64,000 nt of DNA from contig JBAYIU010000001.1 of assembly GCA_041665465.1 (NCBI GenBank), positions 985,332 through 1,049,331 of the forward strand. Direction: 5' to 3'. The notes below the pieces were generated by a model. That model was not told the origin of the DNA. It worked only from the letters and a program-made list of their open reading frames with translations, and did not search any database. Numbering within the stretch: the first letter of the stretch is position 1; each line of letters begins with the position of its first letter. This document shows, in pieces, positions 47,866 through 58,176 of the stretch. This stretch comes from Candidatus Woesearchaeota archaeon (GTDB lineage Archaea > Nanobdellota > Nanobdellia > Woesearchaeales > GW2011-AR9). The position numbers and the translations under genes were made by a program.

Positions 47866-48582
47866 ATGACTATCGAAGATGACGTTTGGAGCAAGAAACA
47901 CTATCATATTGAAGACGTAACCAAATATGACTTAACACCTGTCCCTTTCTTAGTAGAAACTGTTCCTTTCTTTAAGAGTAAGGGAATAACCTCTATCTTA
48001 GATGCTGGGTGTGGTCAAGGAAGAAATAGTTTGTATTTAGCTCAACAAGGTTTTTTCGTTCATGGTATTGATGCTTCGGAGAAGGCCGTACCTCTATGTA
48101 GGGAATTATTAGAATCACATCAACAGTTCCGTTATTCTGTTCATCAGCACCGATTACAAGAGTTGAGTGGGTTGTTTCTTCCAGATGTGCTTGAAGTCAT
48201 TGTGAGCGTAACCGTTCTTACTCATATTTTAGATGCAGATCAGGTCATTAACGAATTTTATACTGTGCTTCGTTCTGGTGGTTATGTGCTAGCAGATTTT
48301 GCTAATCTCGATGATTCTACTTATGAATATATCTCTAAAGGAGAAAAAGTAAGTGCTAATGCCTTCTTAGAACAAGGCACGACTGTAGTTTATCGCACTA
48401 AAGATGAAGTTGAGAAACTATTTCCTCCACAACAGTGGAAGATTCAGAAATTGGAGGAAATTAAGTTTATTGAACCTCCTCATCCCGGATCAAGGCCATT
48501 TGAACATGAACATTGTTCTTATGTAGTTTTAGCTCAATCTAAGAAATTACCTCCTAAAAAAAGGTGGAAATGGTTTTCTTAA
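47866..48582 (+). CDS. Class I SAM-dependent methyltransferase (TehB-like)
   Basis: ILDAGCGQGRN..YLA..G, GID.S, LRSGG. Confidence 0.88.
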   Translation: MTIEDDVWSKKHYHIEDVTKYDLTPVPFLVETVPFFKSKGITSILDAGCGQGRNSLYLAQQGFFVHGIDASEKAVPLCRELLESHQQFRYSVHQHRLQELSGLFLPDVLEVIVSVTVLTHILDADQVINEFYTVLRSGGYVLADFANLDDSTYEYISKGEKVSANAFLEQGTTVVYRTKDEVEKLFPPQQWKIQKLEEIKFIEPPHPGSRPFEHEHCSYVVLAQSKKLPPKKRWKWFS

Positions 48583-48645
48583 CGATTTTTCACTACCGTC
48601 TCCTCATCCGTAATCCTTATAAACCCCGACCTTTCCTTGGGAAGT

Positions 48646-50298
48646 ATGGTAGATGTGAACAACGGTAACGGTGTAAGAAAAACCGCAGAAGATCTAGCTA
48701 AAAAGCAAAGAGACATCTCTATCGCTGAATTCTTCGAGAAAAACAGACATCTTCTAGGTTTTGATAACCAGAGAAAAGCCCTCCTTACTACTATTAAAGA
48801 AGCAGTAGACAATGCTCTAGATGCTTGTGAAGAAGCTAGAATCCTTCCGGAAATCAATGTAGAACTTATCCAGATGGGAGAAACCCGTTTCCGAGTAATC
48901 ATCGAAGATAACGGGCCGGGAATTGTTAAAGAGCAAGTTCCTAAGATTTTTGCTAAATTATTATACGGGTCTAAATTTCATAAATTGGCCCAAAGTAGAG
49001 GTCAGCAAGGCATTGGAATTTCTGCTGCTGTTTTATATGGGCAATTAACTACTGGAAAACCAGCCACGATCATCTCTAAGACCGAGCCGGGAAAAAAGGC
49101 TTACACTTGTAAGTTAAAGATCAATACCCAGAATAACATGCCCGATATCCAGGAAGAAGCTCATGTGGAATGGGAAGGCAAAGATCATGGAACTAAAATT
49201 GAGATTGACTTAGAAGGTTCGTACATGAAAGGGAGACAGTCTGTAGATGAATACCTAAAAGAAACTGCTATCGTCAATCCTCACGCCACTTTTATTTATA
49301 CTAATCCGGAAGCCAATCAAACTATCTTCTCTCGAGCAACCAATAATCTTCCTCCAGAACCTAAAGAAATTCAACCCCATCCTTACGGTGTAGAGTTAGG
49401 AAAGTTGATTAAAATGTTAGAGTTGACTGATTGTAAAACCTTACAACAGTTTTTAACTACTGAATTTTGCAAAGTGGGAGTGGGCACAGCTAAAGAGATC
49501 TGTGAAAATTCTTCTTTGTTGCCTAATACTAAACCTAAAGATTTCACTCGAGAAATGGCGGAACAATTGTTTCAAGGTATCCAAAAAACCAAGATTATGT
49601 CTCCTCCTACTGACTGTTTAAGTCCTATTGGTCAAGAATTATTAGAAAAGTCTCTTAAGAAAGAGATTAACGCTGAATTTTATACCGCTATCAGTAGACC
49701 GGTATTCGTCTATCGTGGTAATCCATTCCAAGTTGAAGTGGGAATCGCTTATGGTGGAGCTCAACCCAAGGATGAACAGGTTACTCTTCTAAGATTTGCT
49801 AATCGGGTTCCTTTATTATATCAACAAGGAGCTTGTGCTTTTACTAAGTCAGTATTAACTACTGCTTGGAAACCTTACGGATTAAATCAAAGCAGTGGGT
49901 CTTTGCCCATCGGTCCGATTACTCTCTTATTACATATTGCATCAGTATGGGTTCCTTTTACTTCTGAATCAAAAGAAGCCTTAGCTCATTATCCGGAGAT
50001 AATTAAAGAAATTAAGTTAGGATTACAAGAAGCGGGAAGAAAATTACAATCTTATGTCCATAAGAAAGTCAAAGTGCAGAATCAGCTTGAGAGAGCTAAT
50101 ATGTTTGACAATTATATCCCGGAAGTGGCTGATGCCTTAGCTCGATTAACTGGTGAGAATAAAGATGCTTTAGTAAAGAAACTTAAAGAGATGATCAAGA
50201 AAGAATCTATCCAAGCTCAGATCAATCAGATGCAAACTCTTAAAGGAGAAGTGGAAGAAGACACTAAGTTAGCTGAAAAGAACGAGGATGAAGATTAA
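48646..50298 (+). CDS. top6B: DNA topoisomerase VI subunit B
   Basis: [53 protein letters not shown]. Confidence 0.97.
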   Translation: MVDVNNGNGVRKTAEDLAKKQRDISIAEFFEKNRHLLGFDNQRKALLTTIKEAVDNALDACEEARILPEINVELIQMGETRFRVIIEDNGPGIVKEQVPKIFAKLLYGSKFHKLAQSRGQQGIGISAAVLYGQLTTGKPATIISKTEPGKKAYTCKLKINTQNNMPDIQEEAHVEWEGKDHGTKIEIDLEGSYMKGRQSVDEYLKETAIVNPHATFIYTNPEANQTIFSRATNNLPPEPKEIQPHPYGVELGKLIKMLELTDCKTLQQFLTTEFCKVGVGTAKEICENSSLLPNTKPKDFTREMAEQLFQGIQKTKIMSPPTDCLSPIGQELLEKSLKKEINAEFYTAISRPVFVYRGNPFQVEVGIAYGGAQPKDEQVTLLRFANRVPLLYQQGACAFTKSVLTTAWKPYGLNQSSGSLPIGPITLLLHIASVWVPFTSESKEALAHYPEIIKEIKLGLQEAGRKLQSYVHKKVKVQNQLERANMFDNYIPEVADALARLTGENKDALVKKLKEMIKKESIQAQINQMQTLKGEVEEDTKLAEKNEDED

Positions 50299-50300
50299 AC

Positions 50301-51452
50301 ATGGCTAAACCTGAACAAAAGAAACTTACTGATGAACCAAAAACATCTTCTCGTCAGTCAGGATACTCTTCTAATCAAAAGACTCCCGCTCAAGAGTTAG
50401 TTGGTCTTGGAAAGAGTGTAGTTCAAGACATCAATAAAGGACAAAATCCTAAAATTGAACTTTCAGTTAGGGGGTTGAGTAATGTTGTCTATGATAAGGA
50501 GTCTAAGACACTCGGTCTGGGAGATAAGACTGCACAAAGATTCTTTTTCAATGTAGCTCATACTAAAAAGTTCTTACAGACCATTGAAGTAGCTTCAGTA
50601 TGTAAGGACCTATTAGATGTCAATAAGCATGCTAGTCTGAGAGATGTATTCTATATGGTTAAACGTACCATCCCCAACACTAAAATTAACGTGGTGGATG
50701 AACAAAAAGAATCAGATAAAGCTATTGAAGATCTCGAAATTATTACTGAGTTTCCTCGTGAATCTTTACACGTTAACGCCAACAAAATGGGTAGTGTCGC
50801 TGGTAAGGTAATCATTGAAGATTCTGGAGATACTATCGATTGGTCCAAACTTGGTTCTGGAGGATGGTCTATCCCTAGTAATGTTGAAAATATTACTTTC
50901 AAGAAAGTTGATGCTAAATATGTGATGTACATGGAAAAAGCTGCCGTCTGGGAAAGATTGCACGAAGATCGCTTTTGGTCTAAACAGAATTGTATCATCA
51001 TGTCTTCTCAGGGTCAAACCACGCGAGGAATAAGAAGATTATTACAAAGGTTAAGTACTGAACATAACTTGCCTATCTATATCTTAACTGATGGTGATCC
51101 GTGGGGATGGTATATCTATTCCGTTATTAAGTATGGTTCTATCAGTTTAGCACACATGGCGGAAGAGATGGCTATCCCCACAGTTAAATTCTTGGGAATA
51201 ACTTGTGATGATATTGTTAATTATGATCTGAAACGACATTTCATTAAATTGACAGAACAGGATATCTCTCGTATGAAACAAATGCAGGCTTATGAATGGT
51301 TTGTCAAGAATAAAGATTGGCAACGCCAGTTCAAGATGATGAAAGAGTTCAATGCCAAAGTGGAAATCCAAGCTTTATCTTCTAAGGGTATTTCCTTTAT
51401 CTCTGAGAAATATTTACCTGAGAAGATAAAGAAGCAGGATTTCTTGGATTAA
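50301..51452 (+). CDS. top6A: DNA topoisomerase VI subunit A
   Basis: LRDVFY catalytic Tyr, Toprim EK, DGDPWG..I, K.EIQAL. Confidence 0.97.
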   Translation: MAKPEQKKLTDEPKTSSRQSGYSSNQKTPAQELVGLGKSVVQDINKGQNPKIELSVRGLSNVVYDKESKTLGLGDKTAQRFFFNVAHTKKFLQTIEVASVCKDLLDVNKHASLRDVFYMVKRTIPNTKINVVDEQKESDKAIEDLEIITEFPRESLHVNANKMGSVAGKVIIEDSGDTIDWSKLGSGGWSIPSNVENITFKKVDAKYVMYMEKAAVWERLHEDRFWSKQNCIIMSSQGQTTRGIRRLLQRLSTEHNLPIYILTDGDPWGWYIYSVIKYGSISLAHMAEEMAIPTVKFLGITCDDIVNYDLKRHFIKLTEQDISRMKQMQAYEWFVKNKDWQRQFKMMKEFNAKVEIQALSSKGISFISEKYLPEKIKKQDFLD

Positions 51453-51456
51453 GTTC

Positions 51457-52050
51457 TTAAAACAATTTCTGTAACTTTTGCCAGAGAGTTGGTGCATATT
51501 TTCTTTGTAGTTGTTGGAGTTCTTGGGGGGTTACTTCATCAATAGGTTTACTTCTGAAACATTCTTCCCAACTTCTTTCCATAATCTCTTTATGAGGATA
51601 AATGAAGATTGCTCCGCCGTAAGTTAGACTGTCTGGCAAGTATCTTGTGCCGGATGGGAAGAGTTGTAATGGTTCGTTCTCTTGCTTGAAGATTGGAATG
51701 TTATATTCCTCTTTATCAAATTCTACTTCTTGCACCGGAACGTTATAAACCACTTTTATATTTCCTACATTTCCCCAAACGTATTCCCTTTTGGAGCTAC
51801 CTTCAGGAAGTTCTTTTAAGTTGGGGATTAAAGAAGTTACAATCCTATTAAGAGATTGATTTAATTTTTTGGAAGAAAGAGGTCCTTCTTTTGGTGCAGC
51901 AACATAAATTAGCGAGCGGGTTAGTGCGACTGTAGGGTTAAATCTTCCCAAACCATAAAATGCGGAACGAAAAGGCCCTTTCCAGATTAAATCCTCTCTA
52001 TCAAGACAAGTTTCTAATCCGGCTTGTAGCGGGTGGTAATTATTGGTCAT
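51457..52050 (-). CDS. Hypothetical protein
   Basis: 197-aa ORF, no motif. Confidence 0.55.
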   Translation of the reverse strand: MTNNYHPLQAGLETCLDREDLIWKGPFRSAFYGLGRFNPTVALTRSLIYVAAPKEGPLSSKKLNQSLNRIVTSLIPNLKELPEGSSKREYVWGNVGNIKVVYNVPVQEVEFDKEEYNIPIFKQENEPLQLFPSGTRYLPDSLTYGGAIFIYPHKEIMERSWEECFRSKPIDEVTPQELQQLQRKYAPTLWQKLQKLF

Positions 52051-52065
52051 GTGTTAATCTCTTAG

Positions 52066-52647
52066 TTATTTTAGTCCTAATGCTTCACTCACGAAGTCAT
52101 ATAATCTGCTTCGTAGATAATCTGAATAATCTGCATCCACATTTGGAGGTTCTAATATGAATGGTCTCTTCTTTTCTGAACCGTGAAATCCAGATATGGC
52201 TAATAAAGATTGATGTAATTGGTTAACTCGATAATCTACACCTTTACCTAAGTCTGGTGCTCCGCTTTCTGGGGTTATCTTAACTTGTAGGGCCCAATTT
52301 AATTTTTTGAATGAATCTAAAACCGTAACCACTAATCCTGATTCTTCTTGTAAATCTCCTAGAACGTCGATTGGAATAGGAATACAATTCATTCTTCTTC
52401 TTTTCCCGTGATCCCAGTAATTCATCCTTCCTCCAACCCTTCCTGAAAAATGTGGGTTGGTAGTAGGATATACTCCTCCTTCTATCGCTTTTGATAAAAG
52501 TCTCAGATATCCATTTTCTACCTTAGAAGTAATAGTAATCCCATGATTGCTGCGATTATATCGCTCTAATTGGTCTGTAGTAAAATTTGAAAAGTAACCT
52601 TCCAAGTATTCAATACTTACTGAATATATTTGCAATCCATCAGTCAT
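52066..52647 (-). CDS. Hypothetical protein
   Basis: 193-aa ORF with AGGTGA SD. Confidence 0.6.
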   Translation of the reverse strand: MTDGLQIYSVSIEYLEGYFSNFTTDQLERYNRSNHGITITSKVENGYLRLLSKAIEGGVYPTTNPHFSGRVGGRMNYWDHGKRRRMNCIPIPIDVLGDLQEESGLVVTVLDSFKKLNWALQVKITPESGAPDLGKGVDYRVNQLHQSLLAISGFHGSEKKRPFILEPPNVDADYSDYLRSRLYDFVSEALGLK

Positions 52648-52683
52648 ATTTCACCTATAAAATAAAATAAAAAATGAATCTCT

Positions 52684-53094
52684 TTATCTTCTGGAGAACT
52701 CAGCTTCATCTACATCCATTGGGACTAATCCTTTTGGTTGCAAATCTTCTTGAATCGCTGCAATCTTAATCATATCTTCTAGCAAATCTTGTCTTAAAGG
52801 TAATCTTGTATCGATATCCACTCTAACCTTACCTTCTCCTTTAGGAATTGATACTTGATAAGTTGTTTGTACTAACATGGTAAGTCCGGTTTGATAAATG
52901 GTAGCATTAGGGCCATCGATAATATATTTTTGGGGGATATCTGCTCCTCTCCTAGCTGCGGTTTGAAGATCTAAATTTTCCGTATACTCTAATCCCAATG
53001 CTCTTCTAACTATTCCATCCATCCCATCTTGTGGTTGAACAAAAAAGGAACCTCTATACGCTCCTTGCGGAGTTCTTTCATAGTGAACTTTCAT
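52684..53094 (-). CDS. Hypothetical protein
   Basis: ATG at 53094 with AGGAGGAG SD. Confidence 0.6.
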   Translation of the reverse strand: MKVHYERTPQGAYRGSFFVQPQDGMDGIVRRALGLEYTENLDLQTAARRGADIPQKYIIDGPNATIYQTGLTMLVQTTYQVSIPKGEGKVRVDIDTRLPLRQDLLEDMIKIAAIQEDLQPKGLVPMDVDEAEFSRR

Positions 53095-53105
53095 TTTTCT
53101 CCTCC

Positions 53106-53504
53106 TTAAACCGAATTCAAGCAGCTGCAAACGGTATATCCATTATTCAATGCTTCTAATCTTGAATCAAACTTGATTTTATTAATTCTCTTAATATTCT
53201 TGGCGAAAACACATTTAGAATCATGAACTTTATCTGCTAGCATAGAAGCTACATATTCTGGTTTTTTATCTTCCTTAACAATTTTCTCAATTACAACTTC
53301 TTTCACTTCCTGTTTTCTGAACTTAGCAATCTGTAATTCTAAGTTTAGTTTCTTGATCTGTAAAGAAAGTTCGTTGTTCTTTTGAGATAATCCTTCCATC
53401 TCGGTTTTTAGTCTGTTCATCTCATTATACAAAGCATAGATGTCTTCTCTAGCGCTTCTGAATGAGACTTTAGTGTTTTGTTCTAGTTGGTGTGGTGTGA
53501 TCAT
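53106..53504 (-). CDS. Coiled-coil protein with C-terminal Ada-like metal-binding domain
   Basis: YVAS....KVH...C..AK.I...N...F.S..EA...GY..C.C. Confidence 0.7.
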   Translation of the reverse strand: MITPHQLEQNTKVSFRSAREDIYALYNEMNRLKTEMEGLSQKNNELSLQIKKLNLELQIAKFRKQEVKEVVIEKIVKEDKKPEYVASMLADKVHDSKCVFAKNIKRINKIKFDSRLEALNNGYTVCSCLNSV

Positions 53505-53692
53505 ATTTAAGTAACCTCTTAAGCTTAAAAAGTGGTCTTTATTTATAAATTTATCCCTTTTAAGTAGTAAAGCCCTACTTCTCTTCCTAACCTATCCATT
53601 GCATTCATTTCTCTCTACCATAGATATCTTTAAATACCGCCCGTTTCCTGAAATATTAGAATAAACTTACAATTAGAAAAAGGGTGATTAAT

Positions 53693-54094
53693 ATGGATAT
53701 CCGCAGAACCAGAACATGTGAACGCTGTCGGAATGTTGTTCCTTTAGAGAAAGTTAGACTAGTTCCGAAAAATAATGAATTAAATATGCTTGTTTGTGAT
53801 GCTTGCGTGGAAGAGATGCGTACTTCTCCTCTAAGTAAGATTACCAATTCTCAATCTCGTTACGTGGCTGAACAACCTAGAGTTAAGGTTTCTAATGCTT
53901 CTTCTCCCACTCAGACGAAATATTCTTGGTCCAGTCAGAAGATTGCTCCTTTACCTACTCCTAATTATGGGAGATATGTATGTACTCATTGTAATTACGT
54001 ATTCAGACTAGATCGAGCAAAAGCAGGACTAACTTATGGGGCCAAATGTCCTTATTGTGGTCGTACTGACAAAATTAGAATGAAACGAGATTAA
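53693..54094 (+). CDS. Double zinc-ribbon protein
   Basis: CERC...CDAC and CTHC...CPYCG. Confidence 0.75.
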   Translation: MDIRRTRTCERCRNVVPLEKVRLVPKNNELNMLVCDACVEEMRTSPLSKITNSQSRYVAEQPRVKVSNASSPTQTKYSWSSQKIAPLPTPNYGRYVCTHCNYVFRLDRAKAGLTYGAKCPYCGRTDKIRMKRD

Positions 54095-54103
54095 GGTGAA
54101 CTC

Positions 54104-54880
54104 ATGCTATATCTTCATAATTTAAATCATCTTACTCCCAAAGCAGCAGACGTAGAAAGCGTGCCTTTAATCAGGGAGATTAAACAAAATGTAGGATATC
54201 CTCTTACTGAAGCTAAACTTAAACAACACTTACAAGGATTTTTTCCTACTGAAGATGATTTAAATAAGATTGAATTTTCTTTATTATTAGTTGCACCTAC
54301 TTTAGAACAAGTGGCGAAACTAGCAGAAGAGAAGAACGAAATGTTGCACGAGCCTGCTTCTTTAGTCCGTGCTAAGCAGATTTTAGATGAAATGCCTCCT
54401 GCTTTAGAGAAAAATCTTCAATTTGCGCATCAAATCCATGAATGGCAGAACATCTTCTTTATTGAAGCGTTAGAAATATTTAATGCTCTTCCTAAATTAA
54501 GGACTATGGATGAGAAAAAAGCTTACAATGAACGTTTGAACGAGATCTTTCGAATGATTCTGCGTAATCCCGAGTTTGCCTTTAATTTCTGGGACTTAGT
54601 AAATGAATCTCACACCAGTCATATTGAAGGATTGATTGAAAGTTTCAATAAGGGATTTATCTTCCACTTTACTTTAGAGGAAGAGTTGAAAAAATTAAGT
54701 TTTGACCAAATCCGTTCCAGAATCCCTGGGGATCGTATTGAAGAAGTAGAGAAGATAAAAAGAGGAGTGATGGCCATCAAGAATGGAGTGGAATTATCTT
54801 ACAACTTCAATCGGAAGATGGTAGATTTATCCGTATACTTATATTCTTACATCAAGTGGCTGAATCAGCCCATGTTGTAA
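54104..54880 (+). CDS. Hypothetical helical protein
   Basis: 258-aa ORF with AGGTGA SD. Confidence 0.65.
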   Translation: MLYLHNLNHLTPKAADVESVPLIREIKQNVGYPLTEAKLKQHLQGFFPTEDDLNKIEFSLLLVAPTLEQVAKLAEEKNEMLHEPASLVRAKQILDEMPPALEKNLQFAHQIHEWQNIFFIEALEIFNALPKLRTMDEKKAYNERLNEIFRMILRNPEFAFNFWDLVNESHTSHIEGLIESFNKGFIFHFTLEEELKKLSFDQIRSRIPGDRIEEVEKIKRGVMAIKNGVELSYNFNRKMVDLSVYLYSYIKWLNQPML

Positions 54881-54883
54881 TTA

Positions 54884-55510
54884 TTATTTTTTCTTACCTA
54901 TAATCATCTCTCCATAAGCACTTAATTCTTTAGGAACATTAAACTGTTCTAAATCTGCATCTTCAAAACCAGTGTCACTAATTACTATCCCTCCTACAGA
55001 AAGCTTTTCTAAGATTCTTCTTTCGTAATCTGGAATCTGTTCTCGCATAATTCTAAACGCTTTCTCAAAGTAAAGATGATAATTAGGAAGTTTAGAGAGA
55101 ATTTCAGCAATATCTCCTTCAATAAACTCTAAAGCAATTAATTGGTCCTTCCAATAAAAAGTGATTCGATTCTTCTTCTCTGCAAAGCTAACTCCCACCT
55201 CATCCAGTTGAGTTTTAAGTACACTTAGGGCTTCATTTTCATCAATAAAGATTAAGTTTGCTGCTTTAACTTCTGGGAATAATCTTTCTAAGTAAATTAA
55301 AGGGGAGAACAGGTCTACTCCACATCCGGGATAGATTAAGGTGGGGTTATCAAAAGATAGATTAATCTTAGAGATCTTCTCCAATTGTTTTAACTGGGCA
55401 TAATCTTCGTCAAAAAAGTACTCTTTTAATTTTTCTTCGTTTACTTTATTCTTTGGATCTAGTCCTTTGGCTTTAACTTCTCTTTCTTCGTAAACGATTA
55501 AGTTAGGCAT
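54884..55510 (-). CDS. SAM-methyltransferase-fold hypothetical protein
   Basis: LIYPGCGVD, FID, GD, L..GG..ISD; start taken at 55510 because the longer ORF overlaps tRNA-Arg. Confidence 0.6.
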   Translation of the reverse strand: MPNLIVYEEREVKAKGLDPKNKVNEEKLKEYFFDEDYAQLKQLEKISKINLSFDNPTLIYPGCGVDLFSPLIYLERLFPEVKAANLIFIDENEALSVLKTQLDEVGVSFAEKKNRITFYWKDQLIALEFIEGDIAEILSKLPNYHLYFEKAFRIMREQIPDYERRILEKLSVGGIVISDTGFEDADLEQFNVPKELSAYGEMIIGKKK

Positions 55511-55567
55511 AAATTTTAACAAAAATTCCGACATATTTAAAAGTTGTTTAGAGTTTTTACCCATTAA

Positions 55568-55661
55568 GGTCCCGTAGCCTAGCCTGGACGTCATTAGACG
55601 AGGCAAATAAGGCGACAGCCTTCTAAGCTGTAGATCGGGGGTTCAAATCCCCTCGGGACCG
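55568..55661 (+). tRNA. tRNA-Arg(TCT) with a 19-nt D-loop intron (55588-55606)
   Basis: GGTCCCG/CGGGACC, ACAGC-CT TCT AA-GCTGT, GGGGG-TTCAAAT-CCCCT; BHB GCCT/AGGC with GGA and AAA bulges. Confidence 0.93.
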
Positions 55662-55694
55662 CTTTTTATTATCTGGGTGATTCTTGCTACTAAA

Positions 55695-57092
55695 ATGACT
55701 GACACTAAATTATATCTTCCAAATTTAACTCGAAAAAGTATTGATGAGTTAGATCGAGATTTTCGTGCGAAAGATGCTTTCTCCGAGGTAGAGAGGGAAG
55801 TTGGTTCAAAGACAAAATTACAACGTTATGAACGTCCAATTGAAAACTTGTTTCTATTCTATTATTCTCCTGAAGACGTGTTTTATCGGAATGGTTTATT
55901 CAATGAATTACTAGATAACACTGATTTCAGAAAGAAGTTTGATGTAGTTTATCATGGGATTCCTAAGTCTAGACTTCCAAGTGAAATAAAGACCGAGGGA
56001 GAATGGGGAACAGAACGTAGTGAGGCTTCTCTGCGCAGTGATTTATATTTGATTAACCAATATCTTAACTTTCCTAAGGCCTTAGAAGCCATGGCAGAAC
56101 TTCCCGGAACAGCTGAAGCCATTCAGGATTTAAGAAAGTTTGGAATAGAAGCCAGAAGAAGTTTAGATAATTATATTAAAATCATTCCTGCTTTGCAAGT
56201 AAAACCGTTAATCAAAGGAAAAGGAGAATTGGATATTGAATGGGGTAATCATTGTCTTGATCAAATTATGCCTTATTATGAGTTAATCCGCCGTGCTCGA
56301 GGAATATATTTAGATATGAGAACCTATTTAGCGTCGTGTATTCCTTACGAACTAAAGTATGAAGGAAAAAGAATCCCTTCTTGCGCTCCCGTATTCTTAG
56401 ATCCGGAAAGAAGAGAAGGAACCATTCTTCGGGCTTATCATCCTGCTGAATTTAAGTATGGTAAAGATAAGCGAGGAAGAACCATCGTTACTGAATTAAA
56501 TGTTCCAAATGATATTCGCTGGGGCAAAGAGGCACGTAATACTTTTGTTAATGGAGCAAACAGTCAAGGAAAATCTTTCTATCTTCGTACCATAGCTTTA
56601 AACGTGCAGATGGTTATGGCGGGATTGCGTCCGTTTGCAGATTATTGTGAATTATCTTTGCCCAGAAAGTTATTCTCTTGTTTAGATATGGGTGATTCTT
56701 TAGGAGAAGGACATTTCATGACCGGAGGAAATAAAGTCTTAAAAATGACAGAAAATGCTACTTTACAAGATTTAATATTTTTGGATGAAACCGGAGCAGG
56801 AACAGAGCCGGCAGCGGAAAGGGAGATAGCTAAAGGAATCTCTGATGCTTTAATTGAGATTGGGTTTACTTCTTGGAATGTTACTCATGATCGTGGAGCA
56901 TGGGAAGGGTATACTGAAAAAGAAGGTGTCCGTTTCTTGAGGGTGGCTGATTTAGATGACTCAGAAAGAAAATATCAAGTTTGGCCGGGAATTGCTCAAG
57001 GAGGTTATGCCATGAAGATTGCTCGAGAGAAATGTATTGATCCTGAGTCCGTTCGTGAGAAATTGAAAGTAAGATCTCTGATTAGGGGCTGA
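55695..57092 (+). CDS. MutS-family ATPase-domain protein (no mismatch-binding domain recognised)
   Basis: HP...VPND, GANSQGKS, GHF, LDE.G.GTEP, VTH, Y.V.PG....YA..IA. Confidence 0.75.
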   Translation: MTDTKLYLPNLTRKSIDELDRDFRAKDAFSEVEREVGSKTKLQRYERPIENLFLFYYSPEDVFYRNGLFNELLDNTDFRKKFDVVYHGIPKSRLPSEIKTEGEWGTERSEASLRSDLYLINQYLNFPKALEAMAELPGTAEAIQDLRKFGIEARRSLDNYIKIIPALQVKPLIKGKGELDIEWGNHCLDQIMPYYELIRRARGIYLDMRTYLASCIPYELKYEGKRIPSCAPVFLDPERREGTILRAYHPAEFKYGKDKRGRTIVTELNVPNDIRWGKEARNTFVNGANSQGKSFYLRTIALNVQMVMAGLRPFADYCELSLPRKLFSCLDMGDSLGEGHFMTGGNKVLKMTENATLQDLIFLDETGAGTEPAAEREIAKGISDALIEIGFTSWNVTHDRGAWEGYTEKEGVRFLRVADLDDSERKYQVWPGIAQGGYAMKIAREKCIDPESVREKLKVRSLIRG

Positions 57093-57159
57093 TTATCCGT
57101 AAATTTCCCAAAACTTTTCAAAAACTATATAAATAAACTAAGTTAATTCATTTCTCAAA

Positions 57160-57274
57160 GCGCCCGTTGCTAAGCGGCTAAAGCAATCGCCTGCAGATTC
57201 GTTAGGATGAGCTTCTTAGGAAGCGATGAACAGAAGATAGCGATCATTCGAGGGTTCGAGTCCCTCCGGGCGCT
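57160..57274 (+). tRNA. tRNA-Cys(GCA) with a 42-nt intron at 37/38 (57197-57238)
   Basis: GCGCCCG/CGGGCGC, U73 discriminator, ATCGC-CT GCA G^A-GCGAT, GAGGG-TTCGAGT-CCCTC. Confidence 0.9.
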
Positions 57275-57331
57275 TCATTTTTCTTTTCGAATCATTTAAA
57301 TAATCATTAATAATCCTTTATTTGTTGAAAG

Positions 57332-58135
57332 ATGTTTAAGAAATATGGTTACTTGGGTATTATTTTAATCCTATTTGCGCAATTAAATTTCTTATTTAAA
57401 ATAAAGCCCTTTGATTTATGGTATGTGCCCATCGTTTGGAGCGGGTATATTCTATTGGTTGATGCGATTGTTTTCTCCTTGAGCAAGAAATCTTTAATCT
57501 CAACTTATCCAAAAAAGTTTTGGTTAGTGGTCTTATTATCTATTCCTCTTTGGTCAGTGTTTGAGTGGTATAATCTTTTTATTCAAAATTGGTATTATAC
57601 AAATTATACTTTCTTAGTGCATGTAGCAGACTTTACTATTATTTTCCCAGCAGTTTTAGAGACCTATTTTCTGTTGAAAGCGGTTCGTATATTCGAGAAA
57701 GTAAAACTTAAGCAGAAATATGAGGTTTCTCCAAGACTAATCACTTTAATGATTCTGTTTGGGATTCTAAGCTGCATTCTTCCTTTAATTTTCCCTAAGT
57801 ATACTTTTTATCTGGTTTGGGTAGCTTTTTTCTTATTACTTGACCCCATAAATTATGTTTTGGGAAATCCCAGTATTATAAAACATCTGCACGATGGAAA
57901 GATGAATATTCCTTTGTGTTTGTTCTTTGGAGCGATGATTTGTGGTATATTCTGGGAATTCTGGAATTTCTGGGCCTATCCAAAATGGTTTTATGAAATT
58001 CCATTTATCAGTTTTCTAAAGATCTTTGAGATGCCTATATTGGGATTTATTGGGTACGGTCCTTTTGGTTGGGAAGTTTATGCAATGTACAATTTTGTAG
58101 CTGGTTTATTTTCTAAAAAGGAAGATATAGAATGA
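57332..58135 (+). CDS. Polytopic membrane protein of unknown function
   Basis: Multiple TM helices; internally repeated W..FE..N...NW.Y / WEFWN...KW.Y motif; FEMP.LG. Confidence 0.75.
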   Translation: MFKKYGYLGIILILFAQLNFLFKIKPFDLWYVPIVWSGYILLVDAIVFSLSKKSLISTYPKKFWLVVLLSIPLWSVFEWYNLFIQNWYYTNYTFLVHVADFTIIFPAVLETYFLLKAVRIFEKVKLKQKYEVSPRLITLMILFGILSCILPLIFPKYTFYLVWVAFFLLLDPINYVLGNPSIIKHLHDGKMNIPLCLFFGAMICGIFWEFWNFWAYPKWFYEIPFISFLKIFEMPILGFIGYGPFGWEVYAMYNFVAGLFSKKEDIE

Positions 58136-58176
58136 ATCAAGCTAAATTTATAAACTAATTTTGTTTATTTCTGCTT

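Noticed and set aside
48579..51371. Antisense ORFs over top6B/top6A and similar short shadow ORFs elsewhere (e.g. 40369-40626, 41646-43214)
   Set aside because: They lie opposite well-supported genes and show no independent motifs
55511..55606. N-terminal extension of ORF 54884-55606
   Set aside because: Overlaps tRNA-Arg and its promoter; a downstream ATG is more plausible
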